Virus record (IMG/VR): IMGVR_UViG_3300045988_098930
DNA: 64,000 nucleotides
Origin: a virus
Reading direction: 5' to 3' (one strand)
Part shown: one piece after another, positions 1 through 10,239 of the stretch
Numbering within the stretch: the first letter of the stretch is position 1
How the letters are laid out: every line of letters starts with the position of its first letter
Notes under the pieces: model-generated
Seen by the model: only the letters and a program-made list of their open reading frames with translations
What the model was told of the DNA's origin: nothing
The model's database searches: none
Program-made: the position numbers and the translations under genes

Positions 1-54
1 GGAATGAGGCCAGATCGCTGGCAAGAAGAAAACAAAAAAGTCTGCATCGTCTAA
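1..54 (+). CDS. 3' end of an upstream ORF (partial, ...GMRPDRWQEENKKVCIV*)
   Basis: Frame 1 is open from the window edge to TAA at 52-54. No start codon lies in the window. Confidence 0.2.
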   Translation, partial: GMRPDRWQEENKKVCIV

Positions 55-55
55 G

Positions 56-1207
56 GTGAAGGTCTCATCTAATGATGTTAAACGGTGCGGCTTATGTCCT
101 GCGGGTGAACAGCTTCACCCTATTGAGGACTTTTATTTAACTACTAACCCTATACACGCAGACGGGCGTATGCCGGTATGTAAAACCTGTATGGCAAAAG
201 CCTTGCTGGGTGACGATTATAGCAAAATTCAGGTACAGCCGTTTGCGGACCTGTTGCAAAAGATTGATGCTCCATGGTTCCCTGAAGTCTTGAACAGTTC
301 GATTGCACAGTATAACAAGGGGTGTCAAGGTAAGACTGTGGCGAATGAGAGCCGTAAGCAGATAATTAGTAACTACTTACGTAATATCAAGGTTCTCAAG
401 CAGTACCGTAATGCCAAGGGCGAGACAATGACATGGCAGGAGTCGCAAGACTTTCTTGCCGCTAAGAATAATAGCGATGAGCCGTTGCAGCTCACGCGCC
501 CTGTTGAGGCGGGATTTGTACCGGTTACAGACCCAGACAAACCGATGTTTGCGCAGGATAAAGACGAACCTGTTACTATTACTGACGACATTATTCATTT
601 ATTCGGTGATGGTTATACTTACGACGAGTACCGACGTATGTTAGCGAAGTACAACCAACTCAAAGAGTCTTACGTTGATTTTACCAGTTTTCACACCGAA
701 GCACTGGTTACTTATGTGCGTTTTAAGGTGCAAGAAGAAATTGCTGTTGCTAAAGGCAATATCGGTGAGGCGCAAAAGTGGTCTAAGATGGCTGCGGATG
801 CCGCAGATAGGGCTAAGATTAACCCCAAACAGATGAGCAAGGCCGACCTTGAGGGTGGCATTAACAGTTTTTCGGAATTAGCTCAGGCTATCGAGCAGGC
901 GGTTGATGTCATACCCATTATGCCGCAGTTTCGGTATAAACCGAATGACGCTACCGATTTTTTGATTTGGTGTTTTGTAAACTATCTGCGTCGGCTTGAA
1001 GACAAGCCGGAGTGCTCTTATGAGGATGTATACCGTTTTTACGATGAACGTAAAAGAGCATATATCGAACAATACGGTGATCCAACAGGTATTTTTGCTG
1101 ATGACCCTACTGAGGTCAATCGTCCGCAAATAGAGCGGTTTATTATTGTGCCAAAAGATTCAATGGCAGATAACGAGTCGAGTGAGGTGGTGCTGGGTGG
1201 CGATTGA
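56..1207 (+). CDS. Hypothetical protein, possible small terminase / DNA-binding zinc-ribbon protein
   Basis: 383-aa ORF (GTG start) directly upstream of and overlapping terL. N-terminal CGLCPAG...CKTCM cysteine pairs. The call is positional only. Confidence 0.35.
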   Translation: MKVSSNDVKRCGLCPAGEQLHPIEDFYLTTNPIHADGRMPVCKTCMAKALLGDDYSKIQVQPFADLLQKIDAPWFPEVLNSSIAQYNKGCQGKTVANESRKQIISNYLRNIKVLKQYRNAKGETMTWQESQDFLAAKNNSDEPLQLTRPVEAGFVPVTDPDKPMFAQDKDEPVTITDDIIHLFGDGYTYDEYRRMLAKYNQLKESYVDFTSFHTEALVTYVRFKVQEEIAVAKGNIGEAQKWSKMAADAADRAKINPKQMSKADLEGGINSFSELAQAIEQAVDVIPIMPQFRYKPNDATDFLIWCFVNYLRRLEDKPECSYEDVYRFYDERKRAYIEQYGDPTGIFADDPTEVNRPQIERFIIVPKDSMADNESSEVVLGGD

Positions 1208-2858
1208 TTATTCGCAAATTCAGTCCAAATTCGGTGACTCTTTAGAGAACTATGTGAATTTTGCCAGTTATTGTCGTTGGTATCCTGATAAGTTTCTTGA
1301 CTTATGTAAAGGTCCTAATAACGGCTTTAAACTCGATATGGATGAACGTGTGCTAATGCGTTCATTGGCAAGGTTTTTTAGCACATACGGCTGTTTGCCG
1401 AGAGGCGCAGCTAAGAGTTTTAGCGCACAGGCTGTGCAATATGTCCTCGCTATTTGGTATCCCGGCATTACTCTCGCTGTTACTGCACAGACGAAAGAAA
1501 ATGCCTGCAAAATTATGAAGGACAAATATTCCGAACTAATACGCGCTTATCCTTTATTGTCTAATGAGATTGCTAAAACAACTTTTACACGTAATGAAGC
1601 AATTATTGTCTTTAAGAATGATTCTCGTATAGATGCTTTAGCCAATTCCCAAACATCTAAGGGGCAACGACGTAAGCGTATCAATGTTGAAGAAGCGGTG
1701 TTAGTAGATAATTTCACTTTTCAAGACGCTATTGAACCCATCGTTGAGGCTCCTCGTTATACGATGGGTAAATTGGGTATTGTTGACCCATGTGAACTGA
1801 ACCAGCAAATTAACTTCCTTTCTACTCCCGGTTGGCGTTCGTCAGATGAGTGGCGGCACTCTGTTACTATGTGCCGTGACATGATTGATCTAAAGGGGTC
1901 GATGGTTATTGGTGCGGACTGGATGTTGCCCTGTTGGTTTGGTCGAGGCTCGTCTAAAACGCAAATACTCGAAAAGCGACGCAATATGTCACCAACGGCT
2001 TTTGCACAAAACTATGGCGGCACATGGACGGGTAGCTCGGACAACGCCCTTATTGACATCAATCATTTTATGGCGTGCCGCAAACTGGATAAGGCTATTA
2101 TGCAAGCCGAAAGTAACACCGATGAATACTATATGGGTGTTGACGTGGCGCGTTCACAAAAGACTAACAACAACCAATCTTCTATTGTGGTGGCTAAGGT
2201 TGACCGAGACCACGGCACTAACCGTGTCAAACACGTTGACATTGTTAATGTAATGAGCGTGCCGAACATATTAAATTTTTCCGCGCAAGCGGCAGTTATT
2301 AAGCGCACAGCGGCGAAATATCACCCCAAGATGGTGATTTGCGATGGTAACGGTCTGGGTTCTGGTTTGATAGATAAATTGCTGGAAAATAATGTAGACC
2401 CCATTACGCAAGAGACATACGAGGCGTGGGATACCATTAACACCACTAACCAATCAGAAGATCGCAATGCTCCCAAGTGTTTATACGATATTAAAGCCCA
2501 AGGTGTGCAATCTCGTATTATTACAGACTTTATCAATATGGTAGATAGTGGAACATTGCGGTTGCTATGTAAGCGTGAGGAAGCCGAACTCTATAATGAG
2601 TGGCAAACTAACAACGACTTTGACATTACACCGTATGTGCAAACTGACCTATTGTTTGATGAGGTTGCTAATCTCAAGCTCAAATATCAGGCAAGTGGCG
2701 CACTATCAGTCGAAAAGGTGGTGCGGCAGCTTGATAAGGATAGATTCTCTGCATTAGTCTATGTTCTCTATTATATAAGTGAATTTGCATCGGCGCTCAC
2801 CGTGAAGAAGTCAATGCCTATCGACTTCTTTGTTTTTCGTGCGCCTAAAATTAAATAA
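1197..2858 (+). CDS. terL: Terminase large subunit
   Basis: ORF track gives 1146..2858. I prefer GTG 1197, preceded by GAGGTGG. Walker-A-like PRGAAKS, acidic nuclease-type segments (VDVARS, ICDGNGLG), and size and position before the portal all fit. Confidence 0.85.
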   Translation: MAIDYSQIQSKFGDSLENYVNFASYCRWYPDKFLDLCKGPNNGFKLDMDERVLMRSLARFFSTYGCLPRGAAKSFSAQAVQYVLAIWYPGITLAVTAQTKENACKIMKDKYSELIRAYPLLSNEIAKTTFTRNEAIIVFKNDSRIDALANSQTSKGQRRKRINVEEAVLVDNFTFQDAIEPIVEAPRYTMGKLGIVDPCELNQQINFLSTPGWRSSDEWRHSVTMCRDMIDLKGSMVIGADWMLPCWFGRGSSKTQILEKRRNMSPTAFAQNYGGTWTGSSDNALIDINHFMACRKLDKAIMQAESNTDEYYMGVDVARSQKTNNNQSSIVVAKVDRDHGTNRVKHVDIVNVMSVPNILNFSAQAAVIKRTAAKYHPKMVICDGNGLGSGLIDKLLENNVDPITQETYEAWDTINTTNQSEDRNAPKCLYDIKAQGVQSRIITDFINMVDSGTLRLLCKREEAELYNEWQTNNDFDITPYVQTDLLFDEVANLKLKYQASGALSVEKVVRQLDKDRFSALVYVLYYISEFASALTVKKSMPIDFFVFRAPKIK

Positions 2859-2870
2859 GGAGGTGTTGAG

Positions 2871-4382
2871 GTGGCCAATAAAGAGAAGGCGGCAACGCTT
2901 GAACACGTAGAGGCTGCTACGCCTCCCATGTCTCTTGCTGCTGAAGCGAGTAAAACCTTCGATGTAGCAGGGCTAAGAACCGAGCGACAGCAAGCGTGGT
3001 TTGCTCAAGTTGCCAAGATTATATATAAAGACCTCAATAACAGTACACGTTCTACTGTTTTCTCTAAGTACACCAAAGACCAAATAGCATCCTACCTACA
3101 AAACCCTGAAGCCAATGAGGAGCAACTGCGTAATGCGGTTGTCATGTTGTATAACCTCAGTTCGCATTTTGTACGCCTTATTCGGTATTTCAGCGAATTG
3201 GTGGATTGTGCTTATATTATTAGTCAAACAGCTTTCGATGAGTCTGACGATGAGCAGGAGACTTTAGAGAAGTACCAGAAGACTGCTGTGTTTCTGGCTG
3301 GGTCCGACCTAAAGACGCAATGCCAAAAAATCTTAACCGTGTGCTTCCGTGAGGACGCTTGTTATTGTACGACATGGATTACTAAAACGGGAATGTCGTT
3401 CCAGATTCTTAATCCACAGTATTGCAAAATAGTGTCACAAAGTCAGAACTGCTTAAATATCGCATTTAATTTTTCGTACTTTGATCAATACAATGATGAG
3501 TTGGAGTTCTACCCTGCTGAGTTCCAGACCAAGTATCAACAATATCAAAAAGACACTACCCAGCGTTGGATAGAACTGGATGCTCCTTATTCGTTCGCTA
3601 TTAAATATCATCAGGATTTGTTATATTGCTTGCCTCCGTTGGGCGGTATTTTGCGTGAGATATATTCACTGGAAGATTATCGCGATTTGAAACTGACGGC
3701 TCAGGAATTGCAGAACTATAAGCTATTGGTGATGGAACTTGGCTTGAATAGTCAGGGCGAATGGAATCTGGACTTTGAGAAGGCTAAAGACTTTTTCTAC
3801 AATTTGGAAGCTGTGTTACCGCCGCAAATAGGCGCAACATTGAGTCCTATGAAGATTACCCCTATCGACTTTGAGCGTAGCGGTACTGCCGAGAGCGATA
3901 AGGTAGCAGAGTGCCAAGACTCTATTTGGGCATCGGCTGGCGTTAGCAGTCTTATCTTTTCCGGGTCGTCCACATCTTCTCGTGCGCTGGAAATCAGCGG
4001 TATGGCAGACGAGTCGATGACATGGAGTTTGGTGCAACAGATTGGCGTAGCTATTAACCGCATTTTACAAAAACAAGCGTTTGCTAAGAGTTTTCGTATA
4101 GTGTTTTTGCCTTGTGGTCGTTACACCCGTGAAGCATATCAAAAGTCGTTGAGTAGCGGTATTCAGTATGGCTTACCTGTTACGCCCTTGCTGGCAACGA
4201 TGGGATTGGAGCCGTTATATGCTCTTGGGTTGAACCATATCGAAGCCAAGGTGCTTGACCTATCCAATAGGTTTGTGCCGCTTCAGAGCGGTAACACCAT
4301 TTCAAAGTCTGAGGGAGGCAGGCCGCAAGCTGAGGGCTGCGACTTGACTGACGAGGGCGCACGCAGTCGTGAGAAGAAGTAG
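2871..4382 (+). CDS. Portal protein
   Basis: 503 aa, GTG start behind an AAGGAGGTG RBS, immediately after terL. Size and position are typical. No search was run. Confidence 0.7.
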   Translation: MANKEKAATLEHVEAATPPMSLAAEASKTFDVAGLRTERQQAWFAQVAKIIYKDLNNSTRSTVFSKYTKDQIASYLQNPEANEEQLRNAVVMLYNLSSHFVRLIRYFSELVDCAYIISQTAFDESDDEQETLEKYQKTAVFLAGSDLKTQCQKILTVCFREDACYCTTWITKTGMSFQILNPQYCKIVSQSQNCLNIAFNFSYFDQYNDELEFYPAEFQTKYQQYQKDTTQRWIELDAPYSFAIKYHQDLLYCLPPLGGILREIYSLEDYRDLKLTAQELQNYKLLVMELGLNSQGEWNLDFEKAKDFFYNLEAVLPPQIGATLSPMKITPIDFERSGTAESDKVAECQDSIWASAGVSSLIFSGSSTSSRALEISGMADESMTWSLVQQIGVAINRILQKQAFAKSFRIVFLPCGRYTREAYQKSLSSGIQYGLPVTPLLATMGLEPLYALGLNHIEAKVLDLSNRFVPLQSGNTISKSEGGRPQAEGCDLTDEGARSREKK

Positions 4383-4390
4383 GTGTAGTA

Positions 4391-4573
4391 ATGGACAAGT
4401 TTATATTAGTGTTTAATGAAAACGCAAAAGAGCGACTGTTAAAAGACGGTTATAAGTTGCTTTCCTCTGTCCCCTCTCCTATGGGTATGGCTTATTACTT
4501 TGAGAATAAGCCCGAAGTAACTAAGGTGTTCGCAGGCCAACAGGTCGTGTTCACAAATATACTCCCCTTTTAA
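4391..4573 (+). CDS. Small hypothetical protein
   Basis: 60-aa ORF packed tightly between the portal and the scaffold-like gene. Confidence 0.4.
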   Translation: MDKFILVFNENAKERLLKDGYKLLSSVPSPMGMAYYFENKPEVTKVFAGQQVVFTNILPF

Positions 4574-4606
4574 GGGGCATTAAGCCCATGAAAGGAGGTG
4601 AGATGG

Positions 4607-6013
4607 ATGGATAACAAGCTATTTACTTGCAGGGCGACTTATAGTGTTGACGATTCTTATGTGTCTGACAAGTTTATAAAGCTCCGCGTGAAGATTTGCC
4701 ATACTGGTCAGAATCTTAATGGCAGTGTGATTGATGTGGATACGCTCAAAGCGGCGTTGCCTACGCTTGCCAACTCTCCCATCTTAGCTCATGTGGTTAA
4801 GCAGGAAGATGGCACTTATGACTTCGCCGGTCACGATATGAAAATAATCCCCGACCCTATGAATGAGGGTGAATATCGTATCGAATATCTGGAAGCGCCG
4901 GTAGGTGTATTTCCCGCTGACAATCTGGAATCGGTTATTGTCGAGGAAGGAGACCGCCATTATTTGTATGCTAACGCTTATGTGTGGCGTGGATACAGCA
5001 ATCTGGCCGGGGACATTATTGCGCAGCGTGAAACAGCAGATGTGTCTATGGAAATTGCCATAGACGCTTATGAGTATAGTGAACAAGATAATTTGTTCTA
5101 TATAACAGCTTTCCAGTTTGCAGGAGTGACTTTGCTGGGTGCAAATAAAACTCCCGCCATGGAAGGTGCAGAAGCTACTACAAAGTTCTCCGTTGAGGAG
5201 AATGATGAAAAACTGGCGAAATTGCTCTTTGCGTTAAGTAAGGAGCTTTGTAATAACCCCCGAAAGGAAGGTGACACTGAGTTGCCCAAGACTAAGAATA
5301 CTGTTCCTGTTAAGGAAATAGAAAAGCAGGAAATACCGGCAGAGGAAATGGAGACTATGAAAACTCAGACTGAGGATGTGGGTGAGGTAACTCCCGCTGA
5401 AGAAATGGCTGAGATCGCTACGTTCTCTGCGTCTTATGAACAGAGGCGTGAGAGTTTACGACAAATTATGCCTTGCCACTGCGATGAGACCTCCGAAATG
5501 TATTGCTATCTGCTTGACTTCGATGACCAGTATGCGTATGTCGAAAAGCATTTCTGGACGATAGACAAGCATGAGCGCACTAACGGACGTTTCGCCTATA
5601 AGTTTGATAAGGCCACGCAGTCTGCTGAACTGACTTCCGATTTTGAGCGGATGATAGTTAAGTGGCTGACTGTGGAGGAGGCCGCCAAGTTAGAGGAGTC
5701 TCGTAATGTATTCACCGAGGTTGAGGAGCTGCGTGCTTATAAGCGTGGCATAGAGACCGAGCAGGTGTTTGCCGAGTTCCCCGATCTGGTTGAGAACGAG
5801 CAGTTTATGGCATTAAAACAGGACAATACCAAGTTCTCCATAGAGGAACTGAAGCGTGAGTGTTATGTCATACGTGGCATGGCTCATGTGCCTGCGGCAC
5901 AGGACGATGGGGAAACTGCTCCCAAAATTTCTGTCAAACATATCGCAGACGAGCCGAAGAATACTCCTTATAATGGCGTCTTCGAGGCTTATGGCATTAC
6001 TAAGAAAAACTAA
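4607..6013 (+). CDS. Putative head scaffolding / prohead-processing protein
   Basis: ORF track 4598..6013. ATG 4607 sits 8 nt after AGGAGG. It has a highly acidic, E-rich central region and lies between portal and capsid genes. Confidence 0.45.
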   Translation: MDNKLFTCRATYSVDDSYVSDKFIKLRVKICHTGQNLNGSVIDVDTLKAALPTLANSPILAHVVKQEDGTYDFAGHDMKIIPDPMNEGEYRIEYLEAPVGVFPADNLESVIVEEGDRHYLYANAYVWRGYSNLAGDIIAQRETADVSMEIAIDAYEYSEQDNLFYITAFQFAGVTLLGANKTPAMEGAEATTKFSVEENDEKLAKLLFALSKELCNNPRKEGDTELPKTKNTVPVKEIEKQEIPAEEMETMKTQTEDVGEVTPAEEMAEIATFSASYEQRRESLRQIMPCHCDETSEMYCYLLDFDDQYAYVEKHFWTIDKHERTNGRFAYKFDKATQSAELTSDFERMIVKWLTVEEAAKLEESRNVFTEVEELRAYKRGIETEQVFAEFPDLVENEQFMALKQDNTKFSIEELKRECYVIRGMAHVPAAQDDGETAPKISVKHIADEPKNTPYNGVFEAYGITKKN

Positions 6014-6030
6014 ATCAGGAGGAAAACATA

Positions 6031-6534
6031 ATGCACGGCATTTGCATAACTGAAAAGCTGTCTGGCACTTGTAATGGTGCTGATCTGGTGTCTGTTCGCT
6101 ATATGGTGGGCAGCACCCCCACTGCCATAGATAACGGTAGTGTAGTAGAGGTGGGCGCATTGGAGGCCAACTCTCGTGAAGTCCGCAAGGCTACTGCCCC
6201 CAAGAAGGATTCTGCCAAGGCTGCTATCGCACTGATAAAATCCCCCGAAGTTATTTATGATGAACATCTTCAGAACGATCTTGGCAACTTTGAGAACGAG
6301 GCTAATGCGGTCTCTCGTGGTTATCTGCTTGAGAAGCCCCATCAGATTTTTGCTGTGACTGGCGAGGTTCTGGATGGCAGTACCGCTCGTATAGTGGGCG
6401 CGGTTGTTGAACTTCAGAACAGCACTAAACTGCTTGCTGCGGCTACCAATACTCAGGGTTCCACTAAGATTGGCGAGATTATAGAGGTGTTCACCAAGAA
6501 GGGTAAGACCTATTACGCCATCGAAACTTGCTAA
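6031..6534 (+). CDS. Hypothetical head protein (decoration or scaffold candidate)
   Basis: 167 aa, strong RBS (CAGGAGGAAAACATAATG), directly upstream of the capsid gene. Confidence 0.5.
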   Translation: MHGICITEKLSGTCNGADLVSVRYMVGSTPTAIDNGSVVEVGALEANSREVRKATAPKKDSAKAAIALIKSPEVIYDEHLQNDLGNFENEANAVSRGYLLEKPHQIFAVTGEVLDGSTARIVGAVVELQNSTKLLAAATNTQGSTKIGEIIEVFTKKGKTYYAIETC

Positions 6535-6557
6535 TCAAACGATAGGAGGATAACATA

Positions 6558-7574
6558 ATGGCTTTCGATATAACCAAAATTAACGATGTCGCTCAGGTTG
6601 CTGCCGACATCACCAATGGTCGTTCCCTTCAGGGCTATTCCACTGAGGACGGCAATAAGCTGGTTTACGATGCTCTTGTAGATGCCAATAATGGCAAGAC
6701 TTATCTCGACCCTCGTGACCTGCGCGACGGTAAGTGCTCTGCTCTGTTCGCTCTTATTGAGACCATCATCAAGAAAACTGTTGTTGAGGGCGTAAAGGGT
6801 GATCCCTTCCTGAGCAAGCTGGTCGAGACCCGTGTAGTTAATGCTGGCGATAAGCCCATATTCCGCATTAAGGACGCTAACTGGTACACTGTGTCTGAGG
6901 TTTCTGGCGGCAATCAGGCTCTCCGTCGTCAGTGTATAACCGGCACTGAGGAAGTGACCATTCCTACTCGTTGGCACGCTGTTAAGGTATATGAGGAGAT
7001 GGAGCGCCTGCTGGCTAACATTGCCAATATGTCTGAGATTATCTCTGATGTCGGCACTTCTTTCCAAGAGGACATCTGGCAGCAGATAGCTGTTATTTGG
7101 CAGGGTCTTACTCAGGAGCAGATCGGTGGTACTGTTTACGACATTACCGGCTCTTGGGATGAGGAAGCTATGCTCAAGCTGATTCAGCACGTTGAGGCTA
7201 AGTCTGGTCAGACTGCCGCCATTTATGGCACTATGCTTGGTCTGTCCAAGATGACCTCTGGCGTTGCCGCTGATTCTGCTAAGGAGGATATGTATAACAT
7301 AGGTTACTACGGCAAGTTCCGTGGCACTAATGCTATCAAGGTTCCTCAGAGGCATAAAATCGGTACTGACGACTTCCTGTTCAATGATAAGGTGCTGACC
7401 GTTCTGGCTGGTCCTGTTAAGCCTGTGAAGCTCGTTATTGAGGGCAATCCCCTTATCAACCTTGGCTCTTTCTTTGATAATCAGGACCTTACTCAAGACT
7501 ATGTATATGGTCAGAAGTATGGCGTGGGCTATGTTGCCGCTGAGGGTGTCATAGGTCGTAACACCCTGTCTTAA
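6558..7574 (+). CDS. Major capsid protein
   Basis: 338 aa, TAGGAGGA RBS, followed by a hairpin terminator, in the canonical position after the scaffold-like genes. Confidence 0.7.
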   Translation: MAFDITKINDVAQVAADITNGRSLQGYSTEDGNKLVYDALVDANNGKTYLDPRDLRDGKCSALFALIETIIKKTVVEGVKGDPFLSKLVETRVVNAGDKPIFRIKDANWYTVSEVSGGNQALRRQCITGTEEVTIPTRWHAVKVYEEMERLLANIANMSEIISDVGTSFQEDIWQQIAVIWQGLTQEQIGGTVYDITGSWDEEAMLKLIQHVEAKSGQTAAIYGTMLGLSKMTSGVAADSAKEDMYNIGYYGKFRGTNAIKVPQRHKIGTDDFLFNDKVLTVLAGPVKPVKLVIEGNPLINLGSFFDNQDLTQDYVYGQKYGVGYVAAEGVIGRNTLS

Positions 7575-7588
7575 TATTGTAATAATGC

Positions 7589-7620
7589 GGGCTACTCCTT
7601 TGTGGGGTAGCCCTTTGTGG
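7589..7620 (+). terminator. Rho-independent terminator after the capsid gene
   Basis: GGGCTACTCC / GGGGTAGCCC stem with one G.U pair and a short loop, followed by TTTGTGG. Confidence 0.6.
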
Positions 7621-7640
7621 AATGAAAGGAGAGATTGTTA

Positions 7641-8258
7641 ATGGCTAATAAAGCCAGCACAACCAAGAGCACGGCCCCGAAAGCGCCCAAGCAGACTAAA
7701 CCGAAGTCTGAGCCGGTTGTTCCGGTGCAGGATACAAGGACGGTACAAGTCGAGGACACAAAATCAGCCATAGTTGAGCCTTCTGCCCAACAGGTGTGGC
7801 GTGCCAGTGATCATTTGACTGAGCGTGTACCTGTGCGTAGTGCTATATATGGCACGTTAATATATGTAGACTCCCTTACGCATCGTAAGTGGGTGTGGAC
7901 GGAGTTTGGTCAGCGCCATGAAATTGCGTTAGAGGTGTTAGAAAACGCCCGTAATACTCAACCGTCTTTCTTTATAGATGGATGGTGGGAGATTGACAGC
8001 GAATATGCGCACAAACAAGAAGTGCTGGATTTTCTTGATGCAGGCAAGTTCTATCAAGCTGAGGTCAGTATTGATAACTTCGACTCTCTGCTCAAAAAGT
8101 CTACTGCTGAAATTAGTGCCGTAACTTCTAAGTTGCCTGTGACGCAAAAGGTGCAGCTTGCTCGTAGGGTGCAAGAGCTTATCAATGAGGGCAAACTGGA
8201 TTCTGTCAAGGCTATTCGTGCGCTGGAAAAGACTCTTGGTGTCGATTTTGAGATGTAG
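7641..8258 (+). CDS. Hypothetical protein with Lys/Pro-rich N-terminus
   Basis: ORF track 7635..8258. ATG 7641 lies behind AAAGGAGAG. N-terminus reads KASTTKSTAPKAPKQTKPKSEP. Confidence 0.5.
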   Translation: MANKASTTKSTAPKAPKQTKPKSEPVVPVQDTRTVQVEDTKSAIVEPSAQQVWRASDHLTERVPVRSAIYGTLIYVDSLTHRKWVWTEFGQRHEIALEVLENARNTQPSFFIDGWWEIDSEYAHKQEVLDFLDAGKFYQAEVSIDNFDSLLKKSTAEISAVTSKLPVTQKVQLARRVQELINEGKLDSVKAIRALEKTLGVDFEM

Positions 8259-8268
8259 GTGACAGGCG

Positions 8269-8703
8269 ATGGCAACATCATACTCAACTGTGTATAATGC
8301 TGCCTTATTCTATTTCCGTGACACCGACCTTTTCTGCCTGATTGAAGCAGAAGCCGAGGCTGTGTTGCACGGCTATATGATGCAGGCAGTAGCGAATTTT
8401 GCTCCATACTGCAAGCATGATTTGCTTGACCGTGATGAGGAATACGGCGAGTTCAAGGCCGATCTGACTGATATTGAGGTGGATATACTCGCCTTGGGTA
8501 TGGCTGTTGGCTGGACTGAGCACCGTGTTCGTTATCAGGACAATTTGCGAGATCGTATGTCGTCTAAGGATTATACCTATCATAGTCGCGGCAATTTGCT
8601 TGCGTCTATGCACGACATTATGAACACGCTTAATCGTAAGTTTCGCAATCGCATGATGGACTATACGTATAATAACGGGGATATCTCCTCTCTGCATATA
8701 TAG
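8269..8703 (+). CDS. Putative head-tail connector protein
   Basis: 144 aa. Position downstream of the capsid gene is the only evidence. Confidence 0.35.
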   Translation: MATSYSTVYNAALFYFRDTDLFCLIEAEAEAVLHGYMMQAVANFAPYCKHDLLDRDEEYGEFKADLTDIEVDILALGMAVGWTEHRVRYQDNLRDRMSSKDYTYHSRGNLLASMHDIMNTLNRKFRNRMMDYTYNNGDISSLHI

Positions 8704-8712
8704 GAGGTGTTT

Positions 8713-9021
8713 ATGTCTCTTACTGTATTTCTCAATGCGTTGACGGGACGCTTATACAAAATATTGCCAATGCGAGAGCATCAACTCGCTGGTGAGGAAG
8801 TTTATTTGGAGTGCTATCTATGCACTTTGTCGTTAGAGTTAGAAGGCGCAGGTTGCACCTTCCCCTGTTTATGCGATGACGCTGACTATATCACTATTCT
8901 TAATACGGTTAATGGTATTGACTGTGAAGATGATGTGCGGCTGATTCGACGCGAGACCTTTAAAATGTTGCATTTGCTGGACAACATCAAATGCAAATAT
9001 GGCGGTGATGATGATGCCTAA
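8713..9021 (+). CDS. Hypothetical head-tail joining protein
   Basis: ORF track 8707..9021. ATG 8713 lies 5 nt after AGGAGG. Confidence 0.4.
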   Translation: MSLTVFLNALTGRLYKILPMREHQLAGEEVYLECYLCTLSLELEGAGCTFPCLCDDADYITILNTVNGIDCEDDVRLIRRETFKMLHLLDNIKCKYGGDDDA

Positions 9022-9736
9022 TACTAATTGGGGTTTGCACAGAAGGTATTACGGCGAACATCATACTGACCGTGATGCGGCTGTGGCAGAAGCAAGAGCA
9101 GATTTTATGTTAGATGCTCCGCTTAATCCGGCGTGGATGATTGCCACTGTGCGTGGCGTGCAGATTGGTATGCTGGTCAAAGCGTCTGATGCGCCGGAGG
9201 AAAAATGGTTCAATGCTCCGTATGATGCCGATATTAAAATAGGCGATATACTGACCCTCAATGGTTATGAATGGCTTTGTACCAAGTTGAGTAACACCGA
9301 TGATGTAACGCTGAAAGGCTTTATTAAGCAATGTAATCTGAATTTGCAGTTTCAGCTTAATGACAGCACGATTCATAGTGCATGGTGCGTATTTGACTCT
9401 GGTGTTTACTCTACTACGTTGCACGGTGGTAAATACGGCGACGTGGGCGCACAGCAGTTTAAGGCGTATCTTCCCTATAACGAGGAGACCCGTTGTTTAC
9501 AGCGTGATAAGCGGCTGGCTACTGAGATATTGTATTATCCTGATGGCTCAAAGCATTTGCGCTGCTATAAGGTGACTGCTAATGACAGTGTGAACGGTGC
9601 GTTCGGTGAGGGTCGATACATTGACCTCAAGTTGATTGAAGACCTTGATTCATCTGCCGACAATGTGGATTTGATGATATGTGATTATATTGCACCCGAC
9701 GCTGATCTTGATAAGCCGGGAGGTGGATGGATTTAA
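8999..9736 (+). CDS. Hypothetical structural protein
   Basis: 245-aa ORF overlapping both neighbours in operon style. Confidence 0.45.
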   Translation: MAVMMMPNTNWGLHRRYYGEHHTDRDAAVAEARADFMLDAPLNPAWMIATVRGVQIGMLVKASDAPEEKWFNAPYDADIKIGDILTLNGYEWLCTKLSNTDDVTLKGFIKQCNLNLQFQLNDSTIHSAWCVFDSGVYSTTLHGGKYGDVGAQQFKAYLPYNEETRCLQRDKRLATEILYYPDGSKHLRCYKVTANDSVNGAFGEGRYIDLKLIEDLDSSADNVDLMICDYIAPDADLDKPGGGWI

Positions 9737-10239
9737 TGCCGAACCTCTCTGAGTATACCGATATTAAAAAAAAGATTATCAATCTCATAGTTCACGACCG
9801 TGAGTGTGTAGACTTAATCTCTAACACAACCGGCAAGACGTTGCCTGCCGCTGATTTGATTCAAACTTCTAAGTCTGTCAATCAGATACACCCGTATGAC
9901 TTTATGCCGGGGTCAACCGAGCAGGCTGAGTGCCATGTGGGTGTCGAAGTATATGACGATAAAATTATCAATAACGCGGTGGCGAGGTACGAGGTTGATA
10001 TTTTGATTTTTGTGCCGACTGTGTTGATGGTAATGGACGGCGGCGTGCGGCGTGACGCTATCGCGGCGGCCATAGATAGGCTGATAAACAATAATCTGTC
10101 ATTGGGCATAGGTGAAGTTAGACGTATTCCAGGGGCTTGCAAAGAGCCGATGGATGGTTATAGGTTGCGTATTCTGCGGTATCGTGTGGGTAATTACAAC
10201 AATCTGGGAGAAACCCTTAATGCCTTTAGATACGATTAA
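9727..10239 (+). CDS. Hypothetical structural protein
   Basis: 170-aa ORF, overlapping starts and stops, in the head-tail region. Confidence 0.45.
   Translation: MDLMPNLSEYTDIKKKIINLIVHDRECVDLISNTTGKTLPAADLIQTSKSVNQIHPYDFMPGSTEQAECHVGVEVYDDKIINNAVARYEVDILIFVPTVLMVMDGGVRRDAIAAAIDRLINNNLSLGIGEVRRIPGACKEPMDGYRLRILRYRVGNYNNLGETLNAFRYD

Noticed and set aside
6531-7496. 321-aa minus-strand ORF opposite the capsid gene. Similar long antisense ORFs occur at 11048-11710, 28409-29122, 31210-31797, 34398-35144, 35913-36434 and 54139-54912.
   Set aside because: Each lies entirely inside a better-supported gene on the other strand. They lack RBSs and have low-complexity or odd composition, so they are shadow ORFs.
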